Below are positions 51,073 to 63,664 of a DNA stretch of 64,000 nt, piece by piece. The notes beneath the pieces are model-generated. The model saw nothing but the letters and a program-made list of their open reading frames with translations, had not been told where the DNA came from and did no database searches. Source of the stretch: Octopus bimaculoides (Eukaryota); assembly GCF_001194135.2 (NCBI RefSeq), contig NC_069005.1:16070167-16134166 (forward strand). Direction: 5' to 3'. The number at the start of each line of letters is the position of its first letter. The first letter of the stretch is position 1. The position numbers and the translations under genes were made by a program.

Positions 51073-51157
51073 ATATATTCTAAAATTGGAATGATACAGA
51101 GAAGATTAGCATGGCCCTGAACAAGGATGCAAATTTGTGAAGCATTCCATTCTTTTT
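51073..51157 (+). pseudogene. U6: U6 snRNA pseudogene, 5'-truncated
   Basis: atatattctaaaattggaatgatACAGAGAagattagcatggccctgaacaaggatg-caaatttgtgaagcattccattcttttt aligns to U6 from about nt 20 to the 3' oligo-U; lacks the 5' stem-loop and ACACG in the internal stem-loop. Confidence 0.9.
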
Positions 51158-51471
51158 ATGCTGGGCCTCACTGAGGAAATGACAAGGGAAAGTCTTATGA
51201 GTGGATTTGGTAGATGGAAAGTGTAAGAAGCCCATTATATATATATGTGTGTGTGTGTGTCCTCCTACATTGCTTGACATCTGGTGTTGATGTGTTTACA
51301 TCCCTGTAACTTAACAATTCAGCAAATGAAACTGATAGAATAAGTACTAGGTTTAAAACAAAACAAGTCCTGGGGTCAATTTGTTTGACTAAAACCCTTC
51401 AAGGTGGTGTCCCAACATGGCTGCCATCAAAACGACTGAAGCAAGTAAAAGATTAAAAATGCATGTATGTA

Positions 51472-54464
51472 CTTTAGGGGTCTTGAATAAACATCTACCG
51501 CTTGTTAATTTTTCAAGTTTTTTTCCACCCCCCACCACTTTTATTCCCATCCCTGCTTATTAATTTTTCAGATTGTGAATCAGCATGACAAAAAAAAAAA
51601 ATTTTTTTAAAAAACAGATGACAAGAATGGGAAGAAAACCTAGAGTGTTCTATTTGTTTTCATAATGCATGAGAAAAAAAAAATATTTATCCACAGTATA
51701 TGTAGTCAATGTCCATGCAGGTGAGCTTTCAACATTTTAAGGCATTGATAACCTTCAACCCTAAGAAGATCACTCATTTCAAGACACAACACACTTGCTT
51801 CAGGACACACAGAAAACAAGGAAATTGCTGTCAGAAAATATGCTTTACAACCAGCCAGAGTTCATAAAAACTTGAGGCTGGACAACTGCCCCAGTCTGTA
51901 ACATACATGTGAATTTACTGCTTCTCCACACTGTAGTCAACAAATCATCATTTTCAATTTCTCTACCATCACAAATTCCATGCAAACTAAGAACTTCAAC
52001 AACGAACTGTTTATCCCAACAGGACAAGCTTTTTACAGGATAAAGATTTAACAACATCAACATAATTCAAGCAATTTCTCTTTGAACTTTTTTCATAAGA
52101 TCACGGCAGAGAAAAGAGTATTTTGTATGGAAATTATTCTATAGAAGAAAAGCAAGCACTTGCTATCGTGGTGAACAAATGCAAAGAGAAGTACGATTCT
52201 GAATTAGAATGAATGAAAGGGAATACTCATTGGGATACTAAAAGGAAACGCTGTGTTCCAGACACCCCCAAAACAAGGATATCTTGCCAAAGCAGTTCAT
52301 TTGTTTTACTCGAATTTCACCAATGTCAAAAACTCTGATCAACAATTCAATTCTGCTGTTAAAGGAGCCAAATGCTGCTATGAAAAATATCTGAAAGGTG
52401 AACTTGACAATGCTGAAAAAAATCCAAACAAACGTTTCAGAGTCGCTGGAGGAGGTCATAAAACAAAAGCACCAGGCTGAGAAATTTTATGATGAGTCAC
52501 CAACTGAGGAAAAGCTTTGTTTTTCAAAAAGCTGGATGAAAGGTTGGCAAAAAGAGTATGGGGTATCATTGAGATTTCCTAACAAATGCATTTCAATCTC
52601 CAAGGAACAATGTGTTGAGCGCATTCAGGATCATTTGAAGAACATATGGAGTGTGTGTCGTTATTTCCTTGACAAATTTGATGTAGATCAAATGCCCTTG
52701 CACCAGAATGAAAGTAGCATACAAACTACCTTATCATTCAGAAATCAAGATACGTTCATCAAAGAAAACCACCATTTGTCTAGGGAACATATCACAGTGT
52801 TCACCCAGGTTAGCAATGATATCAAAATCAAGCTTATCCCAGAGTTTGTATTTAAAGGAACTGGAAAAAGACCACACCTACTGAATGCCCTGCCTACAAT
52901 GAAATATCAATGGTCTCCTAAAGGTTCTTATGGATTAGAACAGCTGTTCTGTACTATGGAAAAACTTTGAAATCGATTCAATATGTTGTCACATGCAAAC
53001 TTTGCCATTTATGTGCTCAATGATTACATGGTGCATTTGATGCCGAAGGTGAGAGATGCCCTCTGGAAAAGGGGTTATGTACTAGTCATCATCAGCAGTG
53101 GTATCACCGGATTTGTTCAAGTTAATGACACACACTTGCACATGCAACTGAAAGCAAAATATTGTGAAATAGAGAAAGCAAAGTTAGTTCAAACCCCAAA
53201 TAAAATACCCACGCCCAATCAATCTGAGATGATGCAGATGCTACATTAAGCACATGAAGATTGCAAGATTAATGTCAAAGCTGCTTTCAAGTTGATGCAG
53301 GCCACAAACGCTTTTGATGGCTCTGAAGATTATAAGGTGTCAGACTGAATCATGCACTTTGTCAGTTCGTCAATGCGAGAGTTTTGTCTAGAGATGATGT
53401 GAAAATTCTACCCAAATACTATTCAGAGAGTCATTAAGAACTTCATTCCACCGAAAGGAGTCAAGCATGCAAACAATATTGAAGGCTCAGAACTATTGAT
53501 GGTGAGGGCTTTGAGGAAAAAGCTGCCAAAAGTGAGTCGGAAGATGAAAGCAAGCCATCTGGGAATCTTTTGGAGGTTATTGACCAATCTGGAGAAATCC
53601 CCATGGAGGTTTCACGGAAGCTAAAGCATGGTCAGCCAAACATGATGACAGGAAGCTCTATTTCTTTTTTAGGACTCAGCAGTGATGATCAGGTTAATAA
53701 AGATGCCCTGTTCCTTGAAAAAATACAGAAGGTGTTGGATGAAAACAAGACCTCTACACTTTTCTTGCCATAGTGAAGCTTGGCAATCCATGAAGAAGCA
53801 AACATTGAAACCAAGAAACCTGCAGAAAGACAGTGACGAAAAATCATGAGTCTATCATTTAAACCCATTTACAGACTACTATGTTTTATTATGTATAGTA
53901 TAATAAATACTACAAGTTCACGAAACAGTAATTACACTCTTTTCATTGTTTTACTTCCCTTTCTTTTTAAGACATTTTGCTTGTATCAATATCTATTTAG
54001 TCCACAGCATTTTTAAAAAATCCCATAATTACCATGATTAACAAATGTCTAATTCTTATTATCCTAATGTATATCTTAACTAAAGTGAACATTTGAAGCA
54101 CACATATGTGCTAATTTCACTTACCGCTTGTAAATTACTTTTGCTTCGTTGTGTCGTTATATGTGCTTTAAGATGCTTTTTTCCTAATTTTTGTACATAC
54201 ACTATACAGTTACTGATTCCCACCCACTCCTCTTTATTCCAGCCCACCCGCTTATTCCAACACCCCTCCCGCTATTATTTGGGACTCAAGAAGTAACTGG
54301 TCTTTTAAAAAAATCAAGGGAGACAACCTAGAAAAAATTTGAAATTTTATACGGTTACCACTATACAATTGCCGGTTTCCAACCCCACTGGTTATATGAA
54401 TTTAAGCAAATGTCTAACCCACCTGCTTATTCAACCCCCACCCCTATTATTTGGGACCTGAGAG
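51472..54464 (+). mobile_element. pogo-superfamily DNA transposon (~3 kb), defective
   Basis: Termini ctttaggggtcttgaataa and ttatttgggacctgagag; TA at 51470-71 and 54465-66 within a (TATG)n tract; DDE_1-type transposase remnants inside. Confidence 0.85.
52125..53820 (+). pseudogene. pogo-type transposase pseudogene (CENP-B-like HTH plus DDE_1)
   Basis: FRVAGGG, FSKSWMKGWQKEYGVSLR, DQMPL, FVFKG, QWSPKGSY, YVLNDYMVHL, ISSGITGFVQVNDTHLH; stops and frameshifts. Confidence 0.85.
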
Positions 54465-54649
54465 TATGTATGTATAGGAAATAAGTGGCGGTGGGGTTAT
54501 GGAAGTAATAGTATAGTGAAAGCTATTCAGTGACAAAAGAAATAATTATGATATAACTTCAAGCTGTGAAATATCAATGTGGCTGCAGATTTCAAATGTC
54601 ATGTGGAAACATAAGATGAAATGCATTTAATTCAAATATAAATTATTGT

Positions 54650-55350
54650 AGTTTCAAATTCAGGCACAAGACCTGAAATTTGGAGGAAAAAGTAGGGATT
54701 GGGGAGGAGGGGATTAATCGATTAAATCGTCCCTGGTATTTGGCTAGTATTTTATTTTATTAATAATTCTGCAGGGATGAACATATTTCAGCAAGATCTG
54801 AGCTCAGAATGTAAAGAGCTAGAACAAATAATGCAGTCATTTCATCTGACACTAACAATGCTACTAATCTACCAGCTTTATAACAGTAATTATTATTATT
54901 ATTATTGGCAAAATTGTAGCATGCAGGGCAAAATGCTTAGTCACATTTTGTCCATCATTACATACCGAGTTCAAATACTGCCAAAGTTGACTGTGCCTTT
55001 CATCCTTTTTTTGGTGAGAGGTTGATAAAATAAGTACAAGTTGAGGTCACTGTAATCAACTTATGCCCTCCCTTGAACTTGCTGGCCTTGTGCCAAAATT
55101 TTAAATGATTATTATCATTATTACTAAGGCAGTAAGCTGGCAGAATTGTTAGCATGCCAGGCAAAATTCTTACTGACATTTTATCCATCCTTATGTTTTG
55201 AGTTCAAATTCCGCCAAAGACAACTTTGCCTTTCATCCTATCAGGGTCAATCAATTAAGTACCAGTGAAACACTGGTGATCAATCTAATCGACTAGTCCC
55301 CTCCCACCAAATTTTAGGCTTTGTGCCTTTAGTAAAAAGGATTATTATTA
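54650..55350. mobile_element. Cluster of three SINE family C copies (one minus, two plus)
   Basis: 54650-54880 minus; 54900-55110 and 55125-55350 plus; separated by (TTA)n. Confidence 0.8.
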
Positions 55351-55499
55351 TTATTGAAAAGTAATGTTTGTTGCCACTTCAACATGACTGTTCTGTTAAT
55401 TCTCACAAGGACACCCCCATCCCAACCGCAAAATAGTAGCATAATGATACTTCTTAAGCAATAAAATAAGTTGAGTAAACAAAATATATATACACATAT

Positions 55500-55830
55500 G
55501 CCTTACTGGCACTTGTGCCGGTGGCACGTTAGAATATCATTCGAGCGAGGTCGTTGCCAGTGCTGCTGGACTGGCTCCTGTGCAGGTGGCACGTAAAAAA
55601 TAGCATTTTGAGCGTCACCATTGCCAGTACCATGTGACTGGCCCTTGTGCCGGTGGCATGTAAAAGCACCAACTACACTCTCGGAGTTAGGAAGGGCATC
55701 CAGCTGTAGAAACTCTGCCAGATCAGATTAGAGCCTGATGCAGCCATACGGTTCACCAGTCCTCAGTCAAATTATCCAACCCATGCTAGCATGGAAAGCG
55801 GACGTTAAGCAATGATGATGATGATGATGA
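55500..55830 (+). mobile_element. SINE-like family D
   Basis: Same tandem units and (GAT)n tail as 36970-37417. Confidence 0.85.
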
Positions 55831-55831
55831 C

Positions 55832-57289
55832 ATAGGTGCAGGCGTGACTATGTGGCAAGAAGTTTGCTTCCCAACCACATGGTTCCAGGTTGAGTCCCAC
55901 TGTGTGACACCATGAGAAAGTACCTTCTCCTATAGCCTCAGGCCAACCAAAGTCTTGTGAGTGGATCTGGTAAATGGAAACTGAAAGAAGCCTGTCATAT
56001 ATATGTACTGGTTCATCCCATGAATAATGTGGGGTTTTTTATACTTCTTTTATTTTTCAAAATTAAGAAAAACAAAGTTTTTTTTTAATCTAAATATATT
56101 CTCCATTTTCTACAATGCTCTTCCATCTATCTGGTAGACTTGCAAGATCCCTTTTCCAAAATTCAATTGTCTGTGATGAAAAATATTCCTCCAGTACTGT
56201 TCTGATCTCATATACAGAATTCATATTTTTTCCATCCAAATGATTTTGAAGACTGTGGAATAAATGATAATCAGATGGGGCAATGTCTGATGAATATGGT
56301 GGGTGGGGAATCGTTTTCCCAATCAAACTGCTTCGGCCTTTGGAATGACATCCTTGCTGCATGTGGCAGAGCATTATCCTGATAGAAGAGCACCTTTCGT
56401 CTTGAAACTGAAGATGGTGTTTTTCTTCTAACGCTGACGAAAGCCGCTCAAGCTGCTTACAGTAGATCTCCTTTGTTATCATTTGGTTTGGGTTTAAAAG
56501 TTCAAAGTGGACTAAACATGTCATATCCCACCAAACAAGATAACACCTTATGTGGGTGAAGACCTTCTTTAGCCTGGGGTGCCAGTATTTCTCCTTTCCC
56601 TACCCATTGTCTTCGGCGCTTGACATTTTTATAAAGAACCCATTTCTTGTCACCAGTCACTATTTGGTCCAGAAAAGGTTCATTCATGAGATGTGACAGC
56701 AGAGAAGAGCACACATTCACTCTCTGTGTGAGATTAGAGTGGGAAAGTTTGTGAGGAACCTATTGACCCAATTTGCTGACTTTTCCGATGGCATGCAGGT
56801 ATCAATGAATGGTTGAATGACCAAATCCAATCTTCTCTGCCAGTTCCTCAACAGTTACGATGGGATTTTGTTCCACCAGGGTTTGCAGGATGTCCTCATC
56901 AAACTCTACAGATCTTCCAGGACGAGGCTCATCTTCTAGATTGTAGCTTCCATCTCGAAATTTCTGAAACCACTGTTGACACTGGCTTACACTAATTGTC
57001 CAATTTCCATATACTACATTAATATTCCACACACTTTCCGTTGTGTTGTTGACTTTATTGAACTCATAAAGCAAAATATGTTGAATATGTTCCTTTGTTA
57101 CTTCCATAATAGCTTTGAAAAAATAACTGTTAAAATTGAACTGCACTCTTCAAAACTTGCACTAAGAATAAGGACAAGATAAAATTACTACCAGCTTTTA
57201 TAGCAAATTGACGCAGGTAGTTTATCCTGTCCCTCTTTGACTTTTAGTTCATGCAATTGAAAAAACTGCATTATTTATGGGATGACCCA

Positions 57290-57347
<58 letters not shown>

Positions 57348-57545
57348 TTGTCTCCCACTTACTGCTTGACAACCGGTGATGGTGTGTTTACGTTCCTGTA
57401 ACTTAGAAGTTTGGTTTGGCGAAAGTGAGCAATAGAATAAGTACCAGGCTTTAAAAAAATAAGCACTGGGATTAATTTTGGGGGGACTAAAAATTTTTAA
57501 GGTGGTGTCCCAGCCTAGCCACAATCTGAAACAAGTAAAAGATAC
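55832..57545 (+). mobile_element. SINE family B split by a mariner (arms 55832-56007 and 57291-57545)
   Basis: The head ends at aagaagcctgtcatatatatgta; (TG)n and the 3' half resume after the mariner. Confidence 0.85.
56008..57290 (-). mobile_element. Full-length mariner (1283 bp), defective transposase ~57107-56090
   Basis: TIRs ctggttcatcccatgaataatg and cattatttatgggatgacccaa; TA at 56006-07 and 57291-92; MEVTKEHIQH, TGDKKW, HPPYSSDIAPSDYHLF. Confidence 0.95.
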
Positions 57546-57563
57546 ACATATGACATACATACA

Positions 57564-57615
<52 letters not shown>

Positions 57616-58042
57616 AATACATATACATACACCACACACACACACACACATATTTATAGGTTCTGACATCAACACAAGGCCACATATTTGAAGCATAGTA
57701 GCATATAGGTAATCCAGCCCTAGTATATTACTAATTACTTATTCTACAAGCCCAACACACACACACACACACTCCAAGAGAAGAAAGCCAAAGTTGTTTC
57801 CACCAGGATTTGAACCCTGAACCTAAAGAAACAAAATTACTGTACAGCATTTATTAAAAGCAGTGCTTTGCAATTTCTACACTCAGTGGCTTTAATAAAA
57901 CAATTATCTACAGGGCACAAAACTAAAAGTTTCCTCAAGTCAGAAAAATTGTTTAGTTGTGATGTTCATGCCTCTCTTCAACACAGTACCAAGATAACCG
58001 CCAAGTGGATGCAGAAAGAAAAAAAGAAAACGTAAAACTCAC

Positions 58043-58234
58043 CCACTAGAAATACGTTAGGATATAAAACTAATTAACAAAGAATAGAATAGCAGCATTA
58101 AGTTCCGTATCAATAACGTGCGTATTTAAGTCAAGCTTAAGTGACTAACTTTTATTCAGCCGTTGATCAGAAGTTTACTTCAGGAGGGAGCTGCGCATTT
58201 CTTGGCAACGAGAGCTTCTACATAGTCGTTCAAC
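58043..58234 (-). other. Candidate second exon (192 nt)
   Basis: Acceptor ttgactgctgttttgagcag| and donor TGG|GTGAGT at 58042. Confidence 0.3.
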
Positions 58235-58518
58235 CTGCTCAAAACAGCAGTCAAATCTCTCAAAAGCATACACTACTATTATAAAAAGGAAGGAAAAGTA
58301 TGTTAGATAATAATAGTATGTATAGTCCTACTTACTCTCTTCCTACACACACACACAAATGCCAAGCTAGTTACGGTCAGAATGCTTTTGATCATAGGTA
58401 GGTCTGCGCGATCAAGGTTGACCCGATGCCAAACAGCTACTTATTTCTCCACAGATTACTAATTAAGCACAAGGTAAAAAAAAAAGACTTCTACATTAAA
58501 AATAAAGATCAGCCTTAC

Positions 58519-58586
58519 CTGTAACGAAGCTTGTCCATGCTCCTTTTTGTGTATGGAGTCGGATCGTAACACTACACATTCCATAG
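58519..58586 (-). other. Candidate exon (68 nt) of an unidentified transcript
   Basis: Acceptor tttttttatcacctgctgtcag| and donor CAG|GTAAGG at 58518; unique, CpG-enriched context; no recognised homology. Confidence 0.35.
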
Positions 58587-59659
58587 CTGACAGCAGGTGA
58601 TAAAAAAACTCTACGTCAACTATCAATATACATAAATATATATATATACCTTTATAGATACATCTATTTATATATGTATGCTAGATCTTTTGTGTATGTA
58701 TGAAAGTATATACGTATTCATATATGTATAGAAAGTATCACAGCAATGTTTTTTAAACTCTTAGCTTTCGTAAAAGAAGCATTGAAATTTTTTTGCTAGT
58801 TTTTAAATTATCAAAACCAACAAGTAACACCAGTATTAAATATCTACATCCGCCCTAAATGTAACTTTAAAAATATATTCCTTCATAGATATATATTTAT
58901 ATGCTGATATGTGTAAGTTAATTCCATTAGTGCACGGAAGTCCAACAGGTAGATAAAAAAAAAGTTATTAAAATTCTATATTACAGATCTGAGAGGAGAG
59001 TAGGAGGGAAGGAAGGAAAGAACACCACTTTAAATGATCGTTGACTGACTGATTGTTACGATGTGGGTAGGTAAACATCAACATATCCCAGCTTTTGCAT
59101 ATACACACCTTAATGTGACCAGGTAACAGCGGATTTTGTGTACACACACACATGTAATCAAATACACACACATGATTTTTACCACTTTCTAATAAATAGT
59201 AGGCTTTGTCACTCCCTGACTTAGTTAAAAAAAAAAGGCCAGCTAGAGAGCTCGTCAGTCTAGTATTTGATAGCTTTTATTGAAGGTCAGTTTATAAATA
59301 TAAGGTATACCTTTTCAATACTTGAAGTTACCTTTTTTTTTAGCAGGATGGTAGTGAAACACGATTAAAAATATATTACCAAATAAAAGGAGACAAAAGT
59401 TTGATAATTTATTTTACAATACGTTATAGTCATCGTCACTTAACGTACTGTTTTCCATGCTTGCATGGGTTAGATGGAATTTTGCTGAGGCAAGTTTTCG
59501 ATACCTGTGTGCTCTTCCTGTCGCTAACCTTGACCTGTTTCCAAGCAAGGTATATTTCCACATGGCCAGACATGGTTTTAACATTAGACTAAAAATGAAC
59601 AACCTCGCTTGTGCGGTGATGCTCGACTATAACAAGACAAGGTGTCTAGACAAAAGTAT

Positions 59660-59690
<31 letters not shown>

Positions 59691-59699
59691 ATATATCTT

Positions 59700-60240
59700 T
59701 TATCTGCTTGTCATTAGACTGCAGCTATGCTGGGGCACAGTCGAATGAATCAAACCAAATAATTTTTTTTTTTTTTCTCAGCCTGTTACTCATTCTGTGT
59801 CTTTTTGCCAGGCTGCTAAGTTACAGAGACATAAACAAACTGATAATGGTGGGGAGACACACACACACACACACACACATACAACAGGCTTCTTTCAGTT
59901 TCAATCAATCAAATCCACTCACAAGGCTTTGGTCAGCCCAAGGCTATACTAGGAGATACTCGCCCAAGGTGTCACGCAGTGCAACTGAACCCAGAACCAC
60001 GTGGTTGGAAAGCAAGCTTCTTACTACACAGCCATGTCTATATACATATACACACACATCCATCTATGTCTACATACACACACCAACACAATGGGCTTCT
60101 TTCAGTTTCCATCTACCAAATCTACTCATAAGGCTTTTGTCAGCCCTGAGCTATAGCAGTAGATGCTTGTTCAAGGTGCCATGAAGTAAGACTGAATCTA
60201 AAATCACTTGGTCAAAAAGCAAGTTTCTTAACCACTTATG
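59700..60240 (-). mobile_element. SINE family B plus a second 5' half
   Basis: Two successive ggcttctttcagtttc...aagcttcttac(t)ac units. Confidence 0.8.
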
Positions 60241-60269
60241 CCTTTTTTTTTTATATTGTAAAATAATAA

Positions 60270-60595
60270 TCATCATCATCATCGTTTAACGTCCGCTTTC
60301 CTTGCTAGCATGGGTTGGACGATTTGACTGAGGACTGGCGAACCAGATAGCTACACCAGGAAGGCGACGTTGGGCACAGGTGCCATCACAATTTCGCTTT
60401 CGCTTGCCCCAACAGGTCCTCGCAAGCCGAGTTTCGTGTCCAATGAAGGAGACGACGTTGGTATGGGTGCCAGTCACCGAATTTAGTTCGATTTCAATTT
60501 CACTTGCCTCAACAGGTCTTCGCAAGCGGAGTTTAGTGTCCAATGAAGGAAGGTACGCATAAGTAGGCTGGCTACATCCCTGGCAGAGGCCTTAA
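60270..60595 (-). mobile_element. CpG-rich family D variant with two ~90-100-bp internal units
   Basis: catcatcatcgtttaacgtccgctttcc tail, then repeated cttgcc(c/t)caacaggtc(c/t)tcgcaagc...gtgtccaatgaagga. Confidence 0.8.
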
Positions 60596-60629
60596 AATAT
60601 TGATATTGTAAAAGAAAAATAACACTAAA

Positions 60630-61045
60630 ATATTGATCTCAAATTTTGATACAGCAATTTCAGGGGAAGGTATAAATCGATTACATCAACCCAGTGCTCA
60701 ACTGGTACTTATTTTATTGACTCAGAAAGGATGAAAGGCAAAACTGACCTTGGTGGCATTTGAACTCAGAACATAAAGATGGACAAAATGCCACAAAGCA
60801 TTTTGTCCCACATGCTCACAATTCGACTAGCTCATCGCCTTAATACAGTAAAATATTGGGTTCAAATATTTGGCACAAGGCCAGCAACATTGGCGGAGGG
60901 GTAAGGTGGTACTTATTTTATTAACCCTGAAACATTACAAAGTCAAACTTGGCAGAATTTGAACTCAGAAAGTAAAGTCAGACAAAATGCCACAAAGTAT
61001 TTTGCCCAGCATGTTCATGGTTCTGCCAGTTCGCTGCCTTAATAA
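60630..61045 (-). mobile_element. Two tandem copies of SINE family C
   Basis: Two gaatttgaactcagaa...caaaatgccacaaag units. Confidence 0.8.
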
Positions 61046-62172
61046 ATCTTAAAAATAAATATTTGATACAATAAACCATCAAAAACAGTAAAAAGAAAAA
61101 ACAAATGAATTTCAAATATTTTTTCTTCCATTATTTGCTGCAAGAGTAATACAAGTATGAATCTAAAATTTGGCTCAGTATAATACATTTAAACATGTGA
61201 ACAAGAATTCTGCACAACTTTGCATGTGTGTATGTGTATCATCATCATTATCATCATAATTTAACGTCCATTTTCCATGTTGGCAGGGGTTAGACAGTTT
61301 GACAGGAACTGGTAAGCCGGAGAGCTGTACCAGATTTGGCTTGGTTTCTCTGGCTGGATGCCCTTCCTAATGCCAACTACTCTCCAGAGTATACTGAGTG
61401 TCTTTTAATTGTCATCAGCACTGGCCATGACTACAATTCCATTTAGTTTGACATGTCTTCTCAAGCACAGCAAACAGCTCACCACAAAATTCGTTTATTG
61501 TGTAGAAGTTTTTCATGAAGCTATTTAGAACTGTTCTCTGCCCAGTGGTGAAAATACTGCTTATTATGCACAGCCAAACAGGAAAAGATTGCAAAACAGT
61601 CTCACAGAACTGTTTTAATAGAGACAGGCCTCTATGAGAGGACTGCAATACATTTACATTAAGTTGCATGGAACTATATCAAACTGTTTTAAATAACACA
61701 TGAAACACCTACTAAATGTGTTGAGTGCCCTTTTCTTTCATTTGTCCAAATAGACAAATGGATAAATACACCAAAAATGAGGATCAGGGTTAGCTGAAGA
61801 TACCAGTAACTAAGCAATAGCCCAGGACATCACATGCTTGAAATGGGAGAGGGGTATTTTTTTTTGTTAAGGAATCTTCAATATAATGAAAAAATGAAAA
61901 ATAGAAATAAACACTATATACCTAGATTTTAATAAACTGTAATGAAGACTTCATTTCTACATTAACAGATTTCAGTTTGAGCAAAAATTTAATTTATTTT
62001 TGAGGGAGTAAGGTTAGTCAATTATATCAACCCCCAGTATTCAATTGGTACTTTATTTTAGTGCTCCCACCTCCACCATAAGGCTGAAAAGAAAACCTCT
62101 GCCCAGGAAATTATGTGAAATCAAATGATGTGGAAAGAATTTAATGATGTGTGAACTAAAATAGGAGGGAAT

Positions 62173-62402
62173 TTAATTCTTTGCCTGTCCAAATGTTTCT
62201 CCAAAACATTCATGCTTGTTTTCAGACTTAGTTGGCCCTTGTTTCATACATTCTGAGTGATAAAGCTTTCATTTCCTAAGTCTCAAGTTATTCTGGTGGT
62301 TGGAAAAAAAAAATGGGGAATGTGTATCATGTACAATGTATGAACACCAAGAAAACATGTCCTGTGAATCAAATGTGATACACAGGACAGGCAAAGGGTT
62401 AA
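62173..62402 (+). mobile_element. piggyBac-type MITE, family E, with TTAA on both sides
   Basis: TTAA-ttctttgcctgtcc...ggacaggcaaaggg-TTAA. Confidence 0.8.
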
Positions 62403-62504
62403 TATAATACAAACAAGTTCAGAAAAAATGAGAGCTGAAGAAATGTAAAGTTAAAAACAACACAAAATGAAGTCTTTAATGGTTTAAACTTTTTGCAGTT
62501 ACAG

Positions 62505-63175
62505 ATGTTGATGCTTGTGGTAAGAAGCTTGCCTCCCAACCACATGGTTCTGGTTTCAATCCAATTGTGTGGCACCTTGGGCAAGTGTCTTCTACTATAG
62601 CCTCAGGCTGACCAAAGCCTTGTGAGTGGATTTGGTAGATGGAAACTGAAAGAAGCTCGTCATGTATATAAATATTCTTTTACTTCTTTCAGTCATTTGA
62701 CTGCAGCCATACTGGAGCACTGCCTTTAGTTGAACAAATCGAACCTAGGACTTATTCTTTGTAAGCCTACTACTTATGCTATCAGCGTCTTTTGCTGAAC
62801 TGCTAAGTTACGAGATTCTTTCAGTTTCTATGTACCAAATCCATTCACAAGGCTTTGGTTAGCCCAAGGCTATAGTAGAAGACACTTGCCCAACATGCCA
62901 CTGGCTCTTGTGTGGGTGGCACATGAAATGCACCATTTTGAGCGTGGCCGTTGCCAGTACCGCCTGATTGGCCTTCGTGCGGGTGACACGTAAAAGCACC
63001 CACTACACTCTCTGAGTGGTTGGCGTTAGGAAGGGCATCCAGCTGTAGAAACTCTGCAAAATCAGATTGGAGCCTGGTGTAGCCATCTGGTTCACCAGTC
63101 CTCAGTCAAATCGTACAACCCATGCTAGCATGGAAAGCGGACGTTAAACGATGATGATGATCATCATCATCATCA
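62505..63175. mobile_element. Mosaic of family B (+), family B (-) and family D (+)
   Basis: B head 62505-62670; reverse B 62680-62900; D 62900-63157 ending in (GAT)n directly followed by (CAT)n. Confidence 0.8.
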
Positions 63176-63664
63176 NNNNNNNNNNNNNNNNNNNNNNNNN
63201 NNNNNNNNNNNNNNNNNNNNNNNNNNNNNNNNNNNNNNNNNNNNNNNNNNNNNNNNNNNNNNNNNNNNNNNNNNNNNNNNNNNNNNNNNNNNNNNNNNNN
63301 NNNNNNNNNNNNNNNNNNNNNNNNNNNNNNNNNNNNNNNNNNNNNNNNNNNNNNNNNNNNNNNNNNNNNNNNNNNNNNNNNNNNNNNNNNNNNNNNNNNN
63401 NNNNNNNNNNNNNNNNNNNNNNNNNNNNNNNNNNNNNNNNNNNNNNNNNNNNNNNNNNNNNNNNNNNNNNNNNNNNNNNNNNNNNNNNNNNNNNNNNNNN
63501 NNNNNNNNNNNNNNNNNNNNNNNNNNNNNNNNNNNNNNNNNNNNNNNNNNNNNNNNNNNNNNNNNNNNNNNNNNNNNNNNNNNNNNNNNNNNNNNNNNNN
63601 NNNNNNNNNNNNNNNNNNNNNTCTCTCGTTCATTTCAGCCATGCAGCTGCAGTCATGCTCGAGT

